Below are positions 23,385 to 29,747 of a stretch of 29,747 nucleotides of DNA, in pieces. The DNA comes from a virus (Duplodnaviria > Caudoviricetes), in the IMG/VR virus record IMGVR_UViG_3300046002_000449, positions 1 through 29,747 of that record. The stretch is one strand, 5' to 3'. The notes beneath the pieces were generated by a model that saw only the letters and a program-made list of their open reading frames with translations, had not been told where the DNA came from and searched no databases. Made by a program: the position numbers and the translations under genes. The stretch's first letter is position 1. Every line of letters begins with the position of its first letter.

Positions 23385-26300
23385 TGGATTTATCTAGATT
23401 ATCTACTTCAGACCTTACTGCTCTACGTGATAAAAATTTATCAAGTGTATCTACTGATGGATTAAGATATTTACAATCTCAACAAACTACAGAAGAACCC
23501 ACAGAGGAACCAAAAGGTCCTACTGTATTACCAGAAGAGGACACATCTAGTGATTTTGTACGAGGTATAAAGGGTTACCTACCAAGTTTAAGAGAAACTG
23601 CTAACGAAGCGGAGGTTGGCGCTGGTCTTATAGCTAAGAAATTAGGGGCTGAAGAAACAGGTAAGGGAATGATTCAAAGTGGTATTAAAGGAATGAACGC
23701 CGCTAAAGAACAACAGGTTACTAAGGAATCTGATAGTTTTAGTAATGCTTGGGAAAAAGGTATTGGTAGTGTAATAACCGATTATCTCCCTTACCAAATT
23801 GGCGCTGGAGTTGGTAATATTGCTGAATCTGTATTAGCTGCTGGGGTAGGCGGTGCTATGGGTAGTGTTGCTGGTCCTGCTGGCGCAGTTCCCGGAGCAA
23901 TAACTGGTCTCTTAGAAAAGTCTTTAGTTAAAAGTGGTGTTAAAGCTATAGCTGAAAAAATAGCTAAAGAAGAGGGTGAGGCTGTTGCAGAGCAGTATGT
24001 TAAAAAAGAAGCAGGTAAAATAGTTGGCGCTGCAGCGGGTATGGTTGCACAAGCTGGTGTCCACGGCGTTGGTGAAACTACAGGTAGAGCAGTCGAAGAA
24101 GCCCAAAAAGAGGGTATGACTGAGGAAGAAGGGCAGAAAGCTGTAGAAAGTATAGATATGGGTAAACTAGCCCCTGCTATGTTAGCACATGGTGTAGCTG
24201 ATTTTGTCGCTGAAAAAATAGGACTTGCTGGCCTTAAAGGTTTTGGTGACGCTAGTACTAAAAATATATTTTTAGATGTACTTAAAAACGTAGCTATTAC
24301 TGGTGGAAAAGAAATACTTCCTGAAGAAATTCAGTCTGTAGCAGAACGGTATGGAGCTGATTTGTCTTTAGCAGACGCAGAAGCAGCAAAAGAATACCTT
24401 GATACTGCAGCCGCCTCCGTTGCTATGAGTGTTGCTCCGGGCGGTGTTGGTGGTGCGCGTACATATTACCAAGAAAAAGCTGTTGCAGATGATGAAAAAT
24501 TAGTTGCTGCTCAAGCAGTTGTAGACAAAGAAGACTTAGATAAAGAAGTAATAACTGATGAAACAGAAAAAATACAACCTCAAGATAAAGACTTTGCTGA
24601 TTTAATAAGCGGCACAAAACCTGCGGTTGAAGAAACTAAGGTAGCCGCTGAAGAAGTAAAAACTGATGAAACAGAAGCTAAAGTAGCTGAAGATGAAAGA
24701 TTAGCTAGAGAAAAAGCTTCTATAGATAGAGTATTAACTAAGGAAGGTATAGACCCTACCCAAGAGTTTGTAAACAAAGAAGGTAACGTAGTTACAGCTG
24801 CAGAGCATTACAAAAATAAAAGAGATGCAGGTGCAGTGCATACCCATGCTCTAAATTCTATTAAGAGTCGTTTAACTGATACAACTGCACAAGACCTACA
24901 AGATGCTAAAGATGATGCTGAGTTAACTAAAGTAGCTGAAAAGCCTATAGAAGTCCAAGAAAATGAGTACACTAAAAACAACTGGTATGATAAAAAATTA
25001 AATCCTAAAGGTACAGAGTTACCCCCACCACCTGCAGAAGTTAAAGCTATAGAGCAACAGCAAGAAGTAGAAGCAGTACAAGCTCCAGAAGTAGAAGCAG
25101 TACAAGCTCCAGAAGTAGAAGCAGTACAAGCTCCAGAGCAAGAGCAAGAAGCTATTTTTGATACTGCATGGGATACTGAAGCCTCAGAAAGAACTCCAGA
25201 GCAAACTAAAATTATACAAGACTCTATAGATGAAGATGCTAGAGTTAAAGCTGGTATACAAGACTATGGTAAACCTCTTGAGGAAAAACTGCCAGAGCAA
25301 AAGCAAAAAGGCGAGCTCACTCCGGTTTTAAATGCTATAGAGCTAAATCAAGTAAAAAATATTAAAAAACCGGGGTATGTACCACCTAAGCAAATAATAG
25401 AACCTTTAGCTAAAAAGATATTAGGTGAAGAGTTTAATGCTGACCATACCCCTGAGCAAATGGCAGCGGCAGTAAGAGAAAAAATAGAAACGTCTTCAAA
25501 TATTATATCTACTGAAGGCATAGCTAAAGGTAAAAAAGATAGTGGAAATGCTTTATGGGATTTATTGGATGAGGGAAACTCTAAAGGGATACAGTTTGTT
25601 AAGGGTCTAAAGAAAACAAAAGAACCTTCAGCAAATAATTACTTAAATCAAAATCACTATACTGGTAGAGAAGCACCTCTTACTGTAGCTAAAGGTGTAC
25701 AACATGCTGCTATTGATATAGCTAACGATAGAACAGATTCTATAGATATTACTAGTTTAAATGCTGACTTCAAAAAGAAAGCTGACGATGCTATGAATAA
25801 AATAAATAGCGAAAATAAAGCTGGTAGAGAACTTGTAACTAATAAAGCAAAAAAAGAAAAATGGACTGAAGGGGAACTTAAAAAAGAACTAAGTAAGTAT
25901 AAAGATAAAAAGTTTACCGCTAGTAAACCGCTAGATTATATGACTATGCCAGAAGTAATTAACTTATATAAAGAACATACATGGGGTAAAGCTAACTGGA
26001 CTAAAGACAATGGTGGTGCACAAAGAGAACAAGCTATCTTAGATAGACATGAGTTCTTAAAACAATTACCTCCAGAAAAACGTAAAACTATAGAAGCAGA
26101 AACAAAAACTGCGTTTATTAACAACATTAAAGCTGACCTAACAGGCAGAGAAGTTACTCGTAAAAGAATAACTAAAGAATCATTAGATAAAGATGAAGCC
26201 GCTACTGCAAAAAAACTTGCAGAAGAAGAACTTTTAGGAGCCTCAGAAGATTTGTTAAAAGAGGTTGTTTACAATGCAGATCAAAAACAATCTATAGCTG

Positions 26301-29300
26301 CTAAAGTTGATAAATTAAATAAAGAATTTAATGAGGAAGACTTAAAACAATCAGCCAAAGAAACAATAGATGCTTATAGAGAGACTAAATTAACAGCGTC
26401 TACAAGGGCCCTGCAGTCTGCTATATCCGATAAAGAGAACATTACGTTTACTGAGGTCCTTAATAATATAGCTAGTCTTGGGTATTTTACAAACAAACCA
26501 ATAGCGCAAGGACTACTTAAACTTGTCGATGCTCTATCTACAAATGGTATCTCTCCTAAAGTTACATTTAAAATAGGTAAATTAGATAGTGGTGTAAATG
26601 GTCAGTTTGATCCTGCTACTAATACTATTACTGTAAATGGTAAAGATGGGTATTTTGATAGCCAAGATGGACGTAGTCTAGAAGATATTTTATTACATGA
26701 AATGACACATTATCTAACAGACCATGTTGTAGATAATAAAACTGCGTATATAAAATCTATTAAAGACCCTGCTCGTAAAGAGCAAGTTAAGAAAGCATTT
26801 GATAGACTTGAGGTTAACTATAATGTAGCTAAAGCATCTTTTGGTGAAGAATATAATATAGAAAGCATGAAGGAGTTTATAGCTGAGACTATGTCTAACA
26901 AAGCTTTTCAACGTGCTTTAAGAACTTTACCTAGTGAAAATCCTTTTGTAAAGGCTATGAATCTATTTGGTGAAATAGCTCAAAACATAGCTGTATCTTT
27001 AGGGTTTAAACAAGGTACATCTTCAAGACTTGCTGAGACTTTAGAGGACATAATTAGCATAGCTGCTATACCAGCTGGTACTAGAAAGGGTGCTATATCA
27101 TTTGCTAAACAAGTTAAAAATAATGTTGGGATTAAAAGTGCATTTGATAAGACAGGTAAATCAGCATTGTTACAACCTAAAGTTAAAAAGTTAAGGTATA
27201 TTGCACATAGGTTAGGCACAGTAGATGGTTGGACGCATACAGTACATGCTATACAAAACGATAGATACTTTGCTAAGAGATGGCAAGATGCAACTGATTT
27301 AGCTGGAAAGATAATAGAGGACCCTAGGTTAGCATTTAATAATATCTATGACCAACTTACCTTAGCTCCACAAGTATCATTAAACTATAGAAAAAAATTC
27401 ATAATTAAACCTGTAGCTAAAATACAAGAAGACCTTAAAAAGTTAAATACTCTATTAGGTAATGATATAGATACAACACTTAATATGTTGCATAGTTTTA
27501 AATTAGGTTTAAATGGTAAAGAACGCCGTCTGACTAAGTTTGTCATGACTGTTGAATTAGATACTAGGCCAATTTTGCAGACTAATAGTGGTAGAAGAAT
27601 CAGCCCACAAGACCGTAGGTTTGAGATTATAGGAGATAAGTCTGACCCGACTAACCCAGCTAAGGGAATATTGGATGACCCTAGATTAACTGCGGCGCAA
27701 GCTAAACAACTACGGGCTGAAGTAGATGGTCTAGTAGCATCTTATGCTAAACCTTTAGATGCCAAAATAGATGGGGATATAAATAATAGTAAGTACAATA
27801 CATTAGGGGAATCTGCACAACAGGAAAATGCCTATATAGCAGAATATAATAATCTAGCTGTTTCTAACCCTCAAGCTTACAACTTAACTAAAAAAATATT
27901 TACTGCTTTAGAAGAGCTTAACAACAATACTAAAACGATGGATAAAGAGGCTAATTATTGGTCTAAACCTGTAAATAATTGGGTAGAGTTCTATGGTTGG
28001 AAAGACTACTCTCCATTTAAAGGCAATCCTGATCATAGTAAAGTTGACCCACTTTTTGATTTAGATACTTTTAAACAAGGTAAAGAGTACCAAGATTTTG
28101 CTAGAGCTTGGGGTGGTCGTGGGGATGATGCAGAAAATGTTGTACTGCAAACTATAGCTGACTCAAGTAGAGCCGCAGATCGTGCGGGTAGAAAGAACTT
28201 AACTCAATCTATTATAAATGCAGTACGTGATGGTAGTATAGATGCAAAAATAGAAATGCATATACCTTTCTCAGATAGAACTTCCGCTAAAAATCTAAGT
28301 ACAGATATGAGGTTATTACACTATAACGAAGATGGTAGCATTGATGTTATTAAATTTGAGCCTTCAGCTAAAAAAATACTTGAGTCTATTAGACGTACAT
28401 ATAGCGAGTCTCACCCATTCTGGGATGTTGCTAACGGTATTACTAGTTTTATAGGTCAAGCGCATACTAGGTATAACTATAACTTCGCCCCGTTAAACTT
28501 TGTACGAGATATACTGACAAATGCATGGGTAATGGGGGCAAACTTTGGACCTAAAAAGAGTGCAGAATTTATTGCTACAGTTGCTAGTAAAGTTATTATG
28601 AATAAAGGATTAGCTAAAGCGTGGAAAGTATCTAAATTTTATGAAAATAATGACTTTGCTAAGTTAAAAGCTTTAGCTAAAACTGATCCTTATATTAGAG
28701 ACATGGTTAGCTATATTGACCACGGTGGAAAAGTAGCCTATATGGAAAGCCTAGGGGTAAAATCTAACTATGAAGAATTAGTTAAACTTACAGGTAAATC
28801 TGGACTGTTAGATACTAAAGCTAAAATAGATCATTTTGTAAATATATGGAATGAAATGTTTGAAATTGCTAGTAGGTCAGCCGCATATGGCATAGTAAAA
28901 AAGACCTATATATCTAAAGGCCTAACAGAAGAAGCCGCTAGTGTTAAAGCCGCAGCTTACGTTAAAAATTTAGCTAACTTTGAACAAGTGGGTGAGTACG
29001 GTAAACAGTTAGGAGCTTTATATATGTTTGCCCGCCCTGCCGCCACAGGTGCTGTTAGGTCTATAGAAGCTATTGCCCCTGCATTTAGTAATCCACAAGC
29101 GGCTCTTGAACGCCAACATAATTCTGGAGTTTTTAGTTATAAAGAAGTAAATGGTAAAAGGGTATATTCTAACCCAAGTGCTATAACTAAATTTAAAGAA
29201 AACTATAAAGGGCAACAAGTAAACGCTAGGAATATGACTTGCATACTAGCAGGGTTAGGAATAGCTGCATATACTATGTCTATTATGACGTCAGATAATG

Positions 29301-29747
29301 ATGATGATGAAAGAAACAAAACCGCTACAGATAATATGGATCAATGGGCTAAGTTTGCTAGGTTCCATTTAACTAATCCTTTTACTGATGAACCTATGGT
29401 ATTTCAAATGCCTTGGGGATTTGGTCTAGGTGCAATCGCTTCTTCCGGTGCACAATTATCTGCTGTAGTAGCAGGGGACGCTTCATTAAAAGAGGCTTTA
29501 AAAAATATCTTCTTGCAAATTTCACTTGACTCATTTGCACCGATACCAGTTTCTAGAATGGACCCTTTTGAAGATCAGTTAGAGTTTGCTTTTGACTCAT
29601 TCTGTCCAAGTACTGCACGCCCTTTATTAGAGTTTATGCTAAATAAAAATGGATTGGGGCAAGATATTTATAAGGAAACTATGGGTTCTAGCTCAGGTGG
29701 GGATGCTTATAATAGAGGGGATAAAGTTCCTGAGATGTATAACAATT
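23384..29747 (+). CDS. Giant internal virion / large polyvalent-type protein with zincin-like HExxH domain; 3' truncated (>2120 aa, not in the ORF track)
   Basis: Starts MDLSRLSTSDL by TAATG coupling. Spot-checked in the same frame at 25064, 26696 (HEMTH), 29402 (FQMPWGFG) and the window end. Its absence from the track is consistent with no stop codon before the edge. Confidence 0.85.
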   Translation, partial: MDLSRLSTSDLTALRDKNLSSVSTDGLRYLQSQQTTEEPTEEPKGPTVLPEEDTSSDFVRGIKGYLPSLRETANEAEVGAGLIAKKLGAEETGKGMIQSGIKGMNAAKEQQVTKESDSFSNAWEKGIGSVITDYLPYQIGAGVGNIAESVLAAGVGGAMGSVAGPAGAVPGAITGLLEKSLVKSGVKAIAEKIAKEEGEAVAEQYVKKEAGKIVGAAAGMVAQAGVHGVGETTGRAVEEAQKEGMTEEEGQKAVESIDMGKLAPAMLAHGVADFVAEKIGLAGLKGFGDASTKNIFLDVLKNVAITGGKEILPEEIQSVAERYGADLSLADAEAAKEYLDTAAASVAMSVAPGGVGGARTYYQEKAVADDEKLVAAQAVVDKEDLDKEVITDETEKIQPQDKDFADLISGTKPAVEETKVAAEEVKTDETEAKVAEDERLAREKASIDRVLTKEGIDPTQEFVNKEGNVVTAAEHYKNKRDAGAVHTHALNSIKSRLTDTTAQDLQDAKDDAELTKVAEKPIEVQENEYTKNNWYDKKLNPKGTELPPPPAEVKAIEQQQEVEAVQAPEVEAVQAPEVEAVQAPEQEQEAIFDTAWDTEASERTPEQTKIIQDSIDEDARVKAGIQDYGKPLEEKLPEQKQKGELTPVLNAIELNQVKNIKKPGYVPPKQIIEPLAKKILGEEFNADHTPEQMAAAVREKIETSSNIISTEGIAKGKKDSGNALWDLLDEGNSKGIQFVKGLKKTKEPSANNYLNQNHYTGREAPLTVAKGVQHAAIDIANDRTDSIDITSLNADFKKKADDAMNKINSENKAGRELVTNKAKKEKWTEGELKKELSKYKDKKFTASKPLDYMTMPEVINLYKEHTWGKANWTKDNGGAQREQAILDRHEFLKQLPPEKRKTIEAETKTAFINNIKADLTGREVTRKRITKESLDKDEAATAKKLAEEELLGASEDLLKEVVYNADQKQSIAAKVDKLNKEFNEEDLKQSAKETIDAYRETKLTASTRALQSAISDKENITFTEVLNNIASLGYFTNKPIAQGLLKLVDALSTNGISPKVTFKIGKLDSGVNGQFDPATNTITVNGKDGYFDSQDGRSLEDILLHEMTHYLTDHVVDNKTAYIKSIKDPARKEQVKKAFDRLEVNYNVAKASFGEEYNIESMKEFIAETMSNKAFQRALRTLPSENPFVKAMNLFGEIAQNIAVSLGFKQGTSSRLAETLEDIISIAAIPAGTRKGAISFAKQVKNNVGIKSAFDKTGKSALLQPKVKKLRYIAHRLGTVDGWTHTVHAIQNDRYFAKRWQDATDLAGKIIEDPRLAFNNIYDQLTLAPQVSLNYRKKFIIKPVAKIQEDLKKLNTLLGNDIDTTLNMLHSFKLGLNGKERRLTKFVMTVELDTRPILQTNSGRRISPQDRRFEIIGDKSDPTNPAKGILDDPRLTAAQAKQLRAEVDGLVASYAKPLDAKIDGDINNSKYNTLGESAQQENAYIAEYNNLAVSNPQAYNLTKKIFTALEELNNNTKTMDKEANYWSKPVNNWVEFYGWKDYSPFKGNPDHSKVDPLFDLDTFKQGKEYQDFARAWGGRGDDAENVVLQTIADSSRAADRAGRKNLTQSIINAVRDGSIDAKIEMHIPFSDRTSAKNLSTDMRLLHYNEDGSIDVIKFEPSAKKILESIRRTYSESHPFWDVANGITSFIGQAHTRYNYNFAPLNFVRDILTNAWVMGANFGPKKSAEFIATVASKVIMNKGLAKAWKVSKFYENNDFAKLKALAKTDPYIRDMVSYIDHGGKVAYMESLGVKSNYEELVKLTGKSGLLDTKAKIDHFVNIWNEMFEIASRSAAYGIVKKTYISKGLTEEAASVKAAAYVKNLANFEQVGEYGKQLGALYMFARPAATGAVRSIEAIAPAFSNPQAALERQHNSGVFSYKEVNGKRVYSNPSAITKFKENYKGQQVNARNMTCILAGLGIAAYTMSIMTSDNDDDERNKTATDNMDQWAKFARFHLTNPFTDEPMVFQMPWGFGLGAIASSGAQLSAVVAGDASLKEALKNIFLQISLDSFAPIPVSRMDPFEDQLEFAFDSFCPSTARPLLEFMLNKNGLGQDIYKETMGSSSGGDAYNRGDKVPEMYNN
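25063..25137 (+). repeat. 24-bp perfect tandem repeat x3 (EVEAVQAP)
   Basis: AGAAGTAGAAGCAGTACAAGCTCC at 25063, 25087 and 25111. Confidence 0.95.

Noticed and set aside
952-29218. Numerous short minus-strand ORFs in the track (e.g. 952-1137, 2024-2260, 18991-19470, 22157-22669, 23924-29218 set)
   Set aside because: They lie opposite well-supported plus-strand genes or the leader region and have no independent coding signals.
1-29747. Stop-codon reassignment, tRNA genes or integrase
   Set aside because: Genes are intact in the standard code and end in TAA, TGA and TAG. No cloverleaf or recombinase motif was recognised.

Overview
The window is the virion-morphogenesis region of a tailed dsDNA bacteriophage. 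It is AT-rich, uses the standard genetic code, and is almost entirely + strand with many TAATG/ATGA coupled junctions. The architecture is podovirus-like, and a spanin pair implies a Gram-negative host. Gene order: 3' end of a Mu gpT-like major capsid gene, small head proteins, a cluster of small Lys/Arg-rich proteins, head-tail adaptors, tail fibres, a split lysis module (holin and nested Rz/Rz1, then a GH108 endolysin), a tail hub/nozzle, cupin and GNAT-like genes, ejection proteins, and a >2100-aa polyvalent-type protein with an HExxH motif that runs off the window. Three free-standing homing endonuclease genes are inserted, each with a sigma70-like promoter. Four coding regions missing from the ORF track were added (3685-3846, 4948-5103, 10522-10683, 23384-end). 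The most notable signals are: (1) a compact, possibly doubly pseudoknotted leader RNA with three AGAC motifs at 1093-1181; (2) a recurring [FYML]-[AK]-x-G-G peptide motif shared by the small basic proteins and the ejection proteins; (3) an antisense GIY-YIG gene flanked by a 40-bp duplication of the RBS and first 10 codons of the tail gene; and (4) an intergenic RNA clamp pairing one gene's stop region with the next gene's RBS and start. All family assignments come from motif recognition, not database searches.
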